A DNA stretch of 64,000 nucleotides from Paraspadella gotoi. Taxonomy: Eukaryota > Animalia > Chaetognatha. Both the position numbers and the translations under genes were made by a program. Shown here one piece after another: positions 24,491-37,681 of this stretch; the first letter of the stretch is position 1, and each line of letters starts with the position of its first letter. The notes below the pieces were generated by a model that saw only the letters and a list, made by a program, of their open reading frames with translations, did no database searches and had not been told where the DNA came from. The stretch covers positions 22,817,486 through 22,881,485 of the forward strand of contig CM119267.1 of the NCBI GenBank assembly GCA_051294375.1. Reading direction: 5' to 3'.

Positions 24491-27400
24491 GAGGAGAGAG
24501 ACGAGAGAGGAGACAGAGAGGAGAGAGAGAGAGAGAGACCAAGGGCGTTCTTCAGTTTCGAAATTGAAAGTTGCGCCATATAGTTCGCCAATTCTGTTTT
24601 CTAATAAAATGTAACAATTGCCTTTTCTCTCCCCTCTCTGGGCCCTAAACTTTATGCATTTTAAGTTTACCTTAAAATCTTAGGTGTGCTTCCTGACATA
24701 TATCTTTTTCTCATCAGTAAACTCTCATTTTACCTTTTTTTTTCTATACGTTTATTCACAGCAAGAGCTCTTTATTTGACACTATTCGATAGACTCGATA
24801 AATATATTATTTAAAAAAAAGAAGAGGGAATCCCAATCGCCTCTCATATTAACTCCTTCCTTCTCAACTGTCAATCAGACTCACGGCATCGACGTCCTGC
24901 AATCCGCTAAAGTGAGTTAGGACGCATCGATGGCGCGAGAGCTAGGACGACGGAACGAGCGACACGGAAAGACGTGACGAGACGTGACGGCGGCATGCTT
25001 TACAGCCCAAACGAACCGCCTGGGGAGGCGGAAGGGGAGGAAAAGTGAGGAAAGGAAAGGAAGAAAAGCAGAAAAAAGAGGATGAAATCGAAAAAGGAGG
25101 GCGGAGGAGGAGGGGTGAGGAGGAAGAGAACAGACGTTTCTCGAGTATAAAGGCCCTGAAGGTATGCGGAGGACGGAAAGAAGAAAAGAGTTTATTAGGG
25201 GGGGGATCAAGAGAGAGAGAGAGAGATATGACGAGGAGATGAGAGAGAGAGAGAGAGGAAGATGACGAGAGAGAAGAGAGAGGGAGAAATAGAGTCAGAG
25301 ACAGACGGCACATCCGTATCAGGGACGAAGAGACAGAGAGAGATAACCAGCCCATGAACGAAAGATAAGCGGGCGTGAGAGGCGACCGGAGAAAGGGAAT
25401 GAGAGAGAGATGAGAAGAGACAGCAGATAGAAGAAGAGAGAGGAGAGAGAGAAGAGAAGAGCAGCGAGAGAGAGAGAGAGAGAGAGAGAGCCGATTTCTA
25501 TTGAAAACTACTCTGGATTCAGTTCCTACTGCTGCGCGTCGTGTACGGCCATCTCATTGTATGTTTAATGCGGCGGAAAAACGGGATTGCGGTCTCGCCG
25601 CCTGACGCACCCCGCCGCCTATGCGGGGTTTCCGGTATTTTGCCCCTGCTTTGTCACACCGCTAGTCTCGAGCGTCTAAAATGAGCCGTATACGCGTCCT
25701 GTCGTCATACTCTTAGCGTCTCTTCACTCTCTCTCGCCGTTTTAAATCATTACTGACAATCAGTCTACTTAAGCGTCTCTGCTGTAGACTTTTTTGGACA
25801 ACAGCGCCTGGCTCCTCACTCCTTTACTTGTATAAGATCAAGTAATAATCAAATTAGTTTTAAGAGTTTAAATATTATTGTAAAATGTGTAAAGATTGAG
25901 GGAGATTTAGCAGTTAAGAATTGGTTTAGGGACTATTTGGGATTTATTCAATCATTTTCTTAACAGCTTAGGTAGGCTTGATAACAGAGTGGATTAGAAT
26001 GAAAGGGAAGCGCTTTGGAAATAAGAGTGCCACCTTTTTCTTATTCCTTCATTTACACTCACCTACTCCTCGTCTCCCTAAACTCTGGTAAACCCAGGAT
26101 TCTTCCCACTAGCCCCCCCTCGCCCTTTGGTCTCTTTTCGCCGACCCGCTTTCCCACCGATTTCTGGCTTCTGGGAAGCTCTCATTCTCATTATCAGCCC
26201 AATACAAAACCCATGCCGAGCGAACGACCGAACGAGTAGAGGAGAGAGAGAGGTGAGAGGAGAGAGAGAGACGAGACGGAGAGTGATGGAAAGGAACGAG
26301 AGAGGAGGAGATGATCGAGAGAGAGAGTTTGACCGACCATTCAAGTTCCCGCAGAGCGCGTGTTCTTGAGGCTGTGCGAGAGATGGACCCAACGCCCGGA
26401 AATGACAGCACGCTGATGGTGCTACGTTGCATGTGATCGGCTCACACTGTAAAATCGGTACCGGCCTTTTATGTAAGGCAATGCTAAGTCCGCGAAGGAC
26501 GTTCGTTCAGTTCGTCGGTTCGTTCGTTTCGTTCGTTCATCAGTTTCGTTCGTTCTTTCGTTCGGTTCGTTCGTTCGTTCTTTCGTTGTTCTTCGTTCGT
26601 TCGGTTGTTCGTTGTCATCAGTTCGTGTCGTCATTCGTCGTTCGTTCGTTCGTGTCGTTCGTTTTATCGTTCGTTCTGTTCGTTCGTTTTCGTTCTTGTT
26701 CGTTCGTTCGTTCGATTCGTGTCGCTTGTTCGTTCGCCCGTTCTNNNNNNNNNNNNNNNNNNNNNNNNNACGAACGAACGAACGAACGAACGAACGAACG
26801 AACGAACTGACGGACGGACGGACGGACGGCCCGGATTTAAACTCTCGGTCTTCATTTCGATCTGTTGTTGTTTTTGTTGTCGTCGTCATCGTCGTCGTCG
26901 TTTCTGTCGTCGTCGATTCATCTTCGTCAAAAAAGATTTTCATTAACAAACTCATTCGGATGAAGATTAAAACCGCCGCCGCCGCCGCCGCATTCGCCGC
27001 CGCCTCCGCCGCCTCCCGTGCGCCCCGATCCCGCACAGCGACTCATTCATATACGTCTCGCACAGTGGCTTGAGGCTACATTGTTAGGTTCAAAAAATTT
27101 TCTTCATCGTATAGTTACCAAATTTAATCTTGAATTGTCGAAAATGTTTCCCTAATTGTTGAAACTGTTTCCCTTATTCTCTCAATTTTCTGGCACCCAT
27201 AGGGCATTAACGTAACACAATTACAAGTTTCCATAACATTGGCAATATTATAATTTGAAACGAGGCCGATTAAAGTCGGGTCCAACTTGACGCAATAAGT
27301 ATATATATCTCGTGTGAACGTTCGACAGAACCTGTAATCCTTTAAGTAGCTGTGAGGGCGTGAATAGGAGGAGATTAGTAAGGGTTGGAGTTTACATTAG

Positions 27401-28702
27401 AAAGTTACCCTAAAACGATGCCGAAATCTCATCTTACTCTCATCTCTTCTCCTCCTCTCTCTCTCTTCTCTCTCCTTGTCTCTGACTCTCTTTCTCTCTC
27501 TCTCTCTCTCTCTCTGCAAAATCTAAATCGCATCAGCGGATAAAAACCTTGGCCCAGTCGGACGTTTTTCCGGTGGCGCGGATCAAAGGAGCAGAAAAGA
27601 GAGAGAAAACGTCTTAACCTTTTTTTTTTTCACTGAGGAAATTAAACTGGATTAAAAAAGGAGATTAACAGTTTGAAACTTTTGGTTGCCTTTTTTCTTT
27701 TTGGTAGAAAGAGGGAAACTGTTTTGAACAGACCGATGAGCGAACGCTGTATCTTTTGGCTGACTTGAGACGTCGTCACGATGGGACTATGAGAAATTTG
27801 AGAAATTTGAAAAACCTCATAAGTCATTTAAAAAATATTTAAAAAACAAAATTAAAGTATAATTATGAAATTGGTATTAGATTAATTATATTAGAGAAGT
27901 GAAAAGTACAAAACGCAGTGAAATATAATGAATACACTTCGCTTTGTTTATGAAACCTCAATTCATATTATTAAAATGTCGTAAGAAATTGGATCTGCAT
28001 CTTCAAAGATATACAACTTCATACATATCTATACCTTTAAACCTTTTCGCCCCTCAAATAAGAGACCAGACGTCCCCAGAGAGAGAGAAAGAGAGAGAGA
28101 GAGAGTCGTCTGTGCGTCTCGCCGACAGATTCCGTGAGAGTAAAAGTGTGAAATAAATATGAATCACGACACGCGATCCGGTCTCAAAGGCTTAAAGGAG
28201 GACGAAATCACCGAATGACTGTGAATCAGGACGAAGAGGATGAAAATGACTGAAGGAGCTTCAAACGACTAAGGACTTCCCCTCACTTCGCTTTTCTTTC
28301 TTCTATTAATACAACACGCTACATATTCCTTGTTTACACTACATCATTTCGAATTAAATATCCGGCAGAAAAATATACTACGGATCGAAAATATAAACAA
28401 CTTAGGATCGAGTGTATTAAATTGTTCCCGTTTGCCGGCGATGAAGCTTAAGAGAGTGAAGATATTTAAAAAAAAATATTTTTTTACATTTAATTTTAAA
28501 TTTAAAAAAAAGAAAAAAAAATAGCNNNNNNNNNNNNNNNNNNNNNNNNNNNNNNNNNNNNNNNNNNNNNNNNNNNNNNNNNNNNNNNNNNNNNNNNNNN
28601 NNNNNNNNNNNNNNNNNNNNNNNNNNNNNNNNNNNNNNNNNNNNNNNNNNNNNNNNNNNNNNNNNNNNNNNNNNNNNNNNNNNNNNNNNNNNNNNNNNNN
28701 NN

Positions 28703-28750
<48 letters not shown>

Positions 28751-31220
28751 AAGCATAATAATTTCCTTTGTAATCGTGTTCGAGTCTTCAATTAACCCGT
28801 TCGCCGGCAAAAAAAGGAGAGGCGGGTTTCCCTTTACTTTTTTTTTCTTTCCTTCATTTTCTTCCGTTTTTTTTCTTTTTGTTTTGTTTTTGTTTCGACG
28901 AAACAACGGACGTCATTCGACGAAGAAGTCGGCGTCGGCGCCTGAGAGTCTAGCATCATTTTCTTCCGGTCTCCATCACTCACTACAGCGGGCTTAACCT
29001 CAACATCAGCAATCGGGCTTAAGATCCAGCGACGGCTGAAATCAAGATTTGATCCTGCAGGAAAATTATATGAAATTGGTACAACCAATATAAAAATTAT
29101 CCATTCATTTAATAAATAAGCTATCTTGCCCCTGACTTTGGACAGGCTTTGGTGGTTTAAGGCCTCCATCACTCTTACAAGATATATTCATCAGCTCGTA
29201 AGTTGTTTGTTTTCATCGACATGGATGCCCTGAGATTCTTTGAATTTTTTTTAATTTTGAGAATTAAAAACTTACATACATTCTCTAGTTTTTGATTGGT
29301 CAAGCTGTTAGTTTCCAGATTAACCTGCTTTGATCGTATCTTATCTTAAGTCAAATTTTCCTAATGCTTGACCCACAAGACGCCATCTTTTTCTTTGGCC
29401 AGAAGGTCTTTCGAGTATCAAACGTCACCAATGACGGCCTCTCGTTTTTACAAGTCATCACTCAACCACTATGGAAAATGGAGGGAAAAAAACGAGGCAA
29501 ACAAATAATTGCCACCCAGGTTCCCAGCTCGAGAAGCCAACCGGAAATAAGTAATAACTCACCATAACCGGGGCGCCAGGGCGCCTCTCGACGTAAGACA
29601 TTTGATGATAAATAGCAGTTACGACGCATTAACCTTAAAACCAATCAGTATAACCACTACTAAAATTGACCACCGCGAAAACCTGACCACNNNNNNNNNN
29701 NNNNNNNNNNNNNNNNNNNNNNNNNNNNNNNNNNNNNNNNNNNNNNNNNNNNNNNNNNNNNNNNNNNNNNNNNNNNNNNNNNNNNNNNNNNNNNNNNNNN
29801 NNNNNNNNNNNNNTCGACAGACGATGATGATAATGATTGACTCTCTCACCTAGAGAAAAAGAGAAAGACTGAGAGGGAGTGAGTATTTTCTAATCATGCT
29901 TTTACCTTTCGATCTCAGAGAGAGAGATAGAGAGAGAAAGATATGCTGTTCTAAAATCCGATCGAGAGCTACAGAGTTTCTATGGGATACTTTTTTTGTT
30001 TACTTTTTGTTTGTTTTCATTTTTCTTGATGGGGGAGAAAGCGGAAAGATTAAGAATAAAAGTATTTGTTTCCGTAAATGGACGGGTTTATGGCAACGCA
30101 GAAGACCATCAATCGGTCATGAGAAAATAAACATTTTTTTCTTCAAGAAAGATTTTAAGCTGTAAATTTTTAACTAGTAGAGTGTAGACCTTTTTTTTAT
30201 CTGGTTTATATAGTTCATAACGTCGAACGTGCCTACAATATACTGAAATATTTTTTTAAAATTTTTGAAACGACTTATATATCAATTTTCAATTTTACTA
30301 CAGTAGAAAAATCTCCCAGAGAAAAAAAAGATCAATAACTCTTAGTTCGCTACCGAAATGAAAAAAAAACGTAAATACCGCAGAGTTTAGCGAAGGAGCC
30401 ACTTAGGATTCAAAAAATAAAAAAAAAAGAACATTTAAAACCAAAACATAAAATGAAGACAAGAAAGAAAATAAACAAAAAAAATATCCAGGGGAAAGAA
30501 CATGCACGAAGAAGAGAGAGAGAGAAAAAGGGCGGGCTGCATATTTCATCCAAAACCTCGCCTTGGAAAATAAAAATTTAAAAAAGAAGAGAAAAAAATT
30601 TAAGAAATTCTTGTAAGAAAAACAAGACGAACGGATGTTAAGAAACGATTTTTAGTAATTTTTTGGGGGCCGCTTTTTTTTAAAGAAAGTTTATACTCAT
30701 CTAAATTCCCCTTTTCAATTAGAAAATCCTATAAGGTATAAAAAGGCATGAAATTTCAAAGAAAATGTTGATTTAATTTAAAATGAAAAAAAAAGGATAA
30801 ATAACAATGAGCAAATTTTTGTAATTTAAAAAAAAAAAAGTGACGATCGACGATCTGACGCTGAGTCGATATAACCTCATCAATTTTCCAGCTCAATGTA
30901 CTTTTAATGTAACCGGAGAGACGATATGTACTTTACGTATCTTATTTAATCTGAAAGAATTGTTTTAAAAAAGTGTTATTTGCACAAGCCATCGTGAAAG
31001 CCGGAAAAAAATACCCTGTACTTTTTTCTGTGTTTGTCATCTCTCACTACTAAAAGCTCAATGTTTTTCTTGATTCTCTCTCTCTCTGTCTCTCTCTCTG
31101 TCTCTCTCTCATGCATGTACGCGAATTCGCGGACACCCGGTGACTACGACGGACGAGGAAAACCAGAGTTGTTGACTTTGAAAACCAAAACTCTGGCCAC
31201 CAAAACGAAAAAGTGGATGG

Positions 31221-31258
<38 letters not shown>

Positions 31259-31602
31259 CACCAGGCGTCAAGGGCTATGCCATTGAAAATATTGTAAAGT
31301 TTACACTTACATTTATAACAAAACAAAATACAAATCTGGATTTAAAATCTAGATTTAAAAACAAATTTCACGAATCCAGAGAGCAGAAATGTCAAATGTC
31401 GGATTTCGTTCCGTTTCGAGGTCGACCGATTTGGGGGGGGGTGGTTAAGAAAAGTCAAGACGGGAGTGGCAGAGGTGTGTGGTTGGGATCGCCACGGGGG
31501 TGGTGGGTAGGGGGTAGTGGCGAGGAGTGAAAAAAACCATGTGGGGGTTTTGAACACGATCGATTTCCTCCTGGTCGGTTGTAGCATGAAAGACGGTGGG
31601 AC

Positions 31603-31653
<51 letters not shown>

Positions 31654-32749
31654 GGTGGGTAGAGATCTTTTGCGTGAAACGTGGGTGGACAATCGAAGGG
31701 GGATTAATTAATTAATTAGCAGTTTGTATTGGAGTAGAACGGCGATAATGGCGTTTTGAAAATTAAAGCTTTGGTTTCAGTTTGTGAAATAATATTGCTG
31801 TCGAAAGACCATAGACAATGTTGTCGATGAGAGGATAGATAAAAGAAATTAAATGGTAATGATATCTTGAACTTAGTAGTGTATATCGTACAATCGTATA
31901 ATTTGTTAATAATTTGTACAATTTGAAGTGAGAAAGCTCTCTACTCGTTAAAAGATGAGTGTGCGTGGCATGCAAATGGGCCTTGATAAGAGAAGAAAAA
32001 AATGAGACCTGGGCAGTCGATGCAGGTGGGAAGAGAACTCAGGCGGTCAAAGTGTACGCGGGAGGTCAATCTGCGCGCGGGAGGTGAGCAATCGTCAAGT
32101 CGAAAAGGAAATTCTAGTAAGTTGTTTTTTTTTCGGAAAAGGTAAGGAAAGATTTTGAAAGGGAAGATAAAGCGACTCAAGATTCGGGTAAAAAGTGAAA
32201 AGAGAAAAATTAAAAATAAAAATCGTAATCGATATGAGAAAGGAGGAGGAGGAGGAGGAGGAGGAGGGGGGAGAGAGGAAATCTGGACGAAGAGAGATTT
32301 TGCAGGTACAACAGATGATACAGTTGCGGCTTTGAACTTTTATTTTAAAAAAACGCTTTTAAAAATGGAAAACTAATTAAAATTATTTCACATATTTTTA
32401 TTTTTTAAACCCGAAGTACAGCGAAGACGATTCGGTTACTCGATTAACGATACAGCGAACACGAGTCAAAGCGAATAAAAATCGCGCGTTCAACTCGCGG
32501 AAATAAATCATAATAATGGGAAAGAGTTTTCTTCAGTTCTGCTTCAAAGTTTAAAAAATGACAAATACCGACTTCGAGTCAAAACAAACAAACATGTCTA
32601 TAAACAAAAGATAAACAGTTACGACGCAATCTTCATTATCGGTCGAGAAAAATAAAACTACGGTTATGACGAACGAGGGAAAAATTGAAACTATGGCCGC
32701 TTTAATTAAAGATAAATAAGTGACGCAGAGAAAAACTAACAAGAAAATA

Positions 32750-32841
<92 letters not shown>

Positions 32842-33769
32842 GGGCGAAGTCAAAAATAGTTTTCTCCGAGTTTTAAGGGAAAAGTATCTTTGGTTCAATT
32901 AGTGTTAACCCGATTATCTCGAGTTAGTCATGGACTTAAGGGGAGATGGGCGTTTGTCGACGCGTGGATTTGTCAATGTAAGAGAACGATTATTCTATAC
33001 ATTAATAGTTTATTAGTTATGAATCATGTTTCATGTATGGGATATAGAGTTTAAAATTAAACGCGAGTTATTCATTACATCTAAACAGTCAGAATAATCC
33101 TATTCTTGTTCCACCCGCCTGTTGAGCACCTGCTGACTTTGAATCTCAAACAAAAACAAAACATAACAAAACAAAACAGAGTTTAAGAGCTCTCCCGGGA
33201 GGATGAAAAAACCTCTGATAAATTTTCTACATTTATAATGCGACTTATTTCTATTTTGTTATCTCTCAATTTTTCCTTCCTTCCTCATTTCGAATTTATT
33301 TTAAATTCTTCCCATTTGTCAATTTATTTCTCATTTCCTTTTTCACGTTCTTCCTTCCTCACCTACTTCTTTCTTTCGAACCGCTTTCGTCAACGGCATC
33401 ACAAGTTCTTAATTACCCCCGACGTGACATTCACGACCGATTTCACTTTATCAAATCTTCACCTTATGCGTCAAGCATCCGAAGGCAGCGACAAAACATC
33501 ACAAAAAAACCTTTCAACTTTGGTTCTGGAGAAAACTCACAAGCATACTATCTTACATCTTCACAACTGGGAAATCCTATTATCAACAATAGACATTTGT
33601 CATTTGACAAGTTACAAACAATCTTACAATAAGAAAGTCTTGACACTTTACATAATATGTATATGTATATATAATACATATATCTTCCATCCGCATACGC
33701 CGACATTCCCCCTTACAACTCAAAGGCCACGCCCACTTTACTAACTCACAACCCACAACCCAAATTTAC

Positions 33770-34032
33770 CTGGCCTTCTTCCTGTACTCCAGCAAGTCCC
33801 CGCTCCGCAGCAAGTAGTACTCCAGCGGCCTCCCGTTCTCCAGCCAGACTCCCTTCTTCGGGTCGTCGTCCGAGAGAAAGAGTCCAAACTCTTGAGGATT
33901 TCCGGCTGCGTGGGCCTCGGGGACGCGTTCGCGGATCTTGCGGAGGGCGTCGAAGACGACGTCCGAAGGATCAAAGTACATCGTCTTCACAACTTTTCCG
34001 TCGAGGGCGCTGACTTTTAGGGAGAGCGCCAT
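33770..34032 (-). CDS. TLN1: Talin, coding exon 1 (F0 subdomain)
   Basis: MALSLKVSALDGKVVKTMYFDPS...FGLFLSDDDPKKGVWLENGRPLEYYLLRSGDLLEYRKKA matches the talin N-terminus. Donor AG|GTAAAT at 33769, phase 2. The symbol denotes the TLN1/TLN2 co-orthologue. Confidence 0.96.
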
Positions 34033-35189
34033 TTTGGAAAAGTCGTTCGTTTTTTATTTACTTTTATTTTTTTTGTTAAGGTTTCAGTACTTTTTGTGAT
34101 TTACGATTTTATGGCTTTTTTTTTTAAGTGTTGCGATTAAGATTTGGCTGAATATATATATATATTATATTCCTTTATTTCGTTTTGTATATAGAAGTTT
34201 CTGGAAGACAAATTGTGACCTATAAGAGAGCTAGTTTTTTTTTGTTTTTTTTTAAGGCTGTCGAGAGGTTGTGGAGAGGTTGTGGAAAAGCGTCGAGCAG
34301 TTTAGGGTTGAAGGCTTTTGAGGCGTGGCGAAGGTGGCTGACCCAGAAGGGGCGGGAAAGAGGGGAAGGGTTTTAGAAGGCAAGGGCCGCCCCTCCCCGG
34401 GCCGAAGGTTTTATGGGCCTTTATTATTTTCACGCGATTTTTTTTTAACACTTTTTTTTTTCTTTTCACAAAAATATCGATTTCACTTTAAATTTTTCGG
34501 CGAAATTTTTTATCAATTTTCGTTTCCGGATTTTATGTTTGTTTGTTTATTTCAATCTCCCGCGAGACGTAAACAAAGGAGGACGGATTCGTTCATCTTT
34601 CATTCATCCCCCGTTCATCTCTCGTAGTACAAACCGGACGTTCCGTAAAAATGTTGACCGCCTGCGTGAAAGTGGCGTGAGTGAGCGTGAAACAAGAGTC
34701 ACACCCACTAGCGTGATGACGTCACCGATCGAGGAATGCGTGAGTTTGACGATAAGTATATTTTTTTTTATCTTTAATAATCGAGAGACAGAGACATTCC
34801 GATCGGGAGAGATTAGAGAAAGAGAGAGAGAGAGAACAGGGAAGTTATTTCTCTCTTCTCTCTCTCTTCTTCCTTTATTTTAATTCAAGTTTATCTCTCC
34901 ACTATTCGTGCGAGTGAGAGTTGATTCGTGTTGTGTTGTGTTGTTCGAGCGGTGAAGTTTTCTGCTTCTTCTCTCTCCATCCAATCTTTTTCTGTGTGTA
35001 TCTTTTTACGAGGGAGAGAGAGAGAGAGGGAGAGAGAGAGAGAGAGAGACAGAGAACCAACAGAAGAAGCCAGTTCGTTTCGTGGTTTCCAGCCCTGCCG
35101 CTAGGGGAAGATAGAGAGAGAGAGAGATAGAGTTATTTCGTCTCTCTCTCTCTCGCTCTGGCAGGAAGATAGAGAGAAGAGATCAGCGT

Positions 35190-35255
35190 TGGGTTCGCGA
35201 ACGAGCGACCAATCAGATCGCGAGACCGGCCGACCAATGAGAGCGCGAAACTCGA
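35190..35255. promoter_or_regulatory. Candidate promoter: paired CCAAT boxes with CGCG motifs ~1.2 kb upstream of the talin ATG
   Basis: CGACCAATCAGA (CCAAT at 35209) and CGACCAATGAGA (CCAAT at 35234), TCGCGAGA at 35218, GCGCGAAA at 35243. A CRE palindrome TGACGTCA lies at 34717-34724. Confidence 0.5.
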
Positions 35256-35545
35256 GACTCTTACGAGCAGAAGAGCTGCAGTTTTTTTTTTCTGCCAGAA
35301 AAACTCATTTCCTTCTCTTTTTTTCTTGGATTTGAGTCGCGGTTCTGTTTTGGTCCGGTTTAGTTGACTTGACTCTCTGTTTTCCGTAATTTTTTTACGT
35401 TTCCATGGATGATACGTAACTTACCGAGGAATAAACCAGATAACGACGACAACGACCAAAAATCGGATGCTATAATCGAACTTACCCGTCGTCGTATTAT
35501 CTATCAGGTGAGTTTCATCGATTTCTATCGCCTTTTGTCATCTCT

Positions 35546-35611
<66 letters not shown>

Positions 35612-36155
35612 CATCCACTTTGTCCCTTACCCTTTCTGGAATTGGGCCAAAGGGTTTGCCTCATCTCATTCAGGATTTTTTCCTCTGAGAGATTTTCCCA
35701 TAAAAATTCTCTCAAGAATCGAGATTCCAATTTTTGGCACTCGAAATCAATAGGATGATGATTCGTCCATCGCTAGGATGAAAAATACCTTTTTTTTTAT
35801 TTATTAATATTTTTGGTAGTTTTTCCCAATTATTTCTTTTAACTTTGGGATTTTTGGGAAGCTCGAGTCGTCGCGCAATTTCACAAACCTTAGAAAAGTC
35901 TTATTTGTGCTAAAAATTAGTCAAATTTTAAGGGAAATCCAATTACCTCTTTAAAAAAACCTCTTTTTTTTACTAAAATAAACATTTACTTAAGTAAAAA
36001 AATACTTTTTTTAGAAAAAAACAACTTTCCCAAAGGCGAAGCCTATTTCTTTTTCTCTCTTCCTGTCCGCTCGGTCTTCACCAAATGTCATAAACGTCAC
36101 CATTTCAAAAATCTTTTCTCTCAAACTAAAACTAAACTAAAAAATCCTTGAACTG

Positions 36156-36240
<85 letters not shown>

Positions 36241-37299
36241 CTCTCGCTCCCCCACTCGAAAATTAGCCATCAATTAGGAATTTTTAGGACGGCTATTGAC
36301 TCGAAAGTTGGGTCAAAATTTTTCTCAATCTCTCTCTCTCCTTCTTCTCTTTATATTTATCGCTCACTCTCTCTCTAGCTCACAGGTGGTCCTTGATTTT
36401 TTTCGCCTTTTTCCCTGTGTATAAGTTTTGTTGGCAAGCGAGAGAGAGATAGCGAGACAGAGATCGACATTTTGCTTCCATCGTTTCTCAAATTAACGAA
36501 CCAGCCAAAAAAGAAAAAGTTTTTGTTGTTCAAATATATTTTGTTCTCAAGGTTTAGGAAAAACAGTTATCATACTTTTGTTCATTAGCAAAGTAGGAAT
36601 CATAACAAAAGTCAAAAATTGCAAATGTTACTGTGTTAACTGTCATTATGTCAATATAAATCATGGGGCTAATTTCTTAAATTTGTAAACGAATTCTATG
36701 TCTATGAATCAATTATTGTATTTTGATGCTAGTGGAGAAGAACATAGTATTCCCCAATTTAATGCATATGGATATGTGTGGCCACTCTCACCGTCGTCGG
36801 TTTGTCGTCGTCTTTGTCGTCGTCTTTGTCGTCGTCTTCGTCATTTGGGTCGCTACATATGGTCTTTTTATCTAATTTAGAAACTTAAAAAATATCACTT
36901 GATTGATAGTTAGTAAACGAGTCTGAGATTCCTGATTGAATGATTGCAGGTTCTTGTTCTGGTATTATCTCGCAAAAGCCTGTCCAGTGCCCAAAGTCCA
37001 GTAACCAAAGTCACGGGCAAGATTGATTATTTATTAAATAAATGCATAATTTTTATATTCGTACCAATTTCGTTGTTTCCTTTGTTTCCTTCCAAAAAGC
37101 TCAGCTTTCGTTTGTTCCTTTCCCTGTGAAACTTGTGATCGATCGATCTTCTTCAAACTGTGAGTTCTCGCCGCGAACCTGTTAAGATGTGAACGGTCAC
37201 GCCGAATCGGGTGATCAATAACAGTGACATTGTCTGTTTCCTTGTGAAGTTGTCGCCGCTTCTTAATCCTTTGTTAATAGAATTGACATTCATTGCTGG

Positions 37300-37422
<123 letters not shown>

Positions 37423-37634
37423 CCCCTTCACGACAATTAAGAATAGAACTTCGAAGAACTACATCGTCTGATCGCAAATTCGATTAAGCGTGAAGTAAAC
37501 CTTTATCCGTCTCTCCGTCTTTTAAAATCCGTCTCTCCGTCCAAAAATCACGATTTTCCCAGAGGCGAAACCATTTGTCTCCAGACGAGACGCGATACGT
37601 CGAATAAAATTGCCAAAATTTTCTATTTAATTTT

Positions 37635-37681
<47 letters not shown>

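Noticed and set aside
26480-26830. (TTCG)n/(CGAA)n inverted microsatellite as a hairpin
   Set aside because: The orientation flips exactly at a 25-N gap and the left side is noisy, so it is likely an assembly junction.
28834-29057. Cassette exon of talin after a strong TTTTCCTGCAG acceptor
   Set aside because: In the phase-2 context of intron 1 it hits a stop after three codons, and it has no talin similarity.
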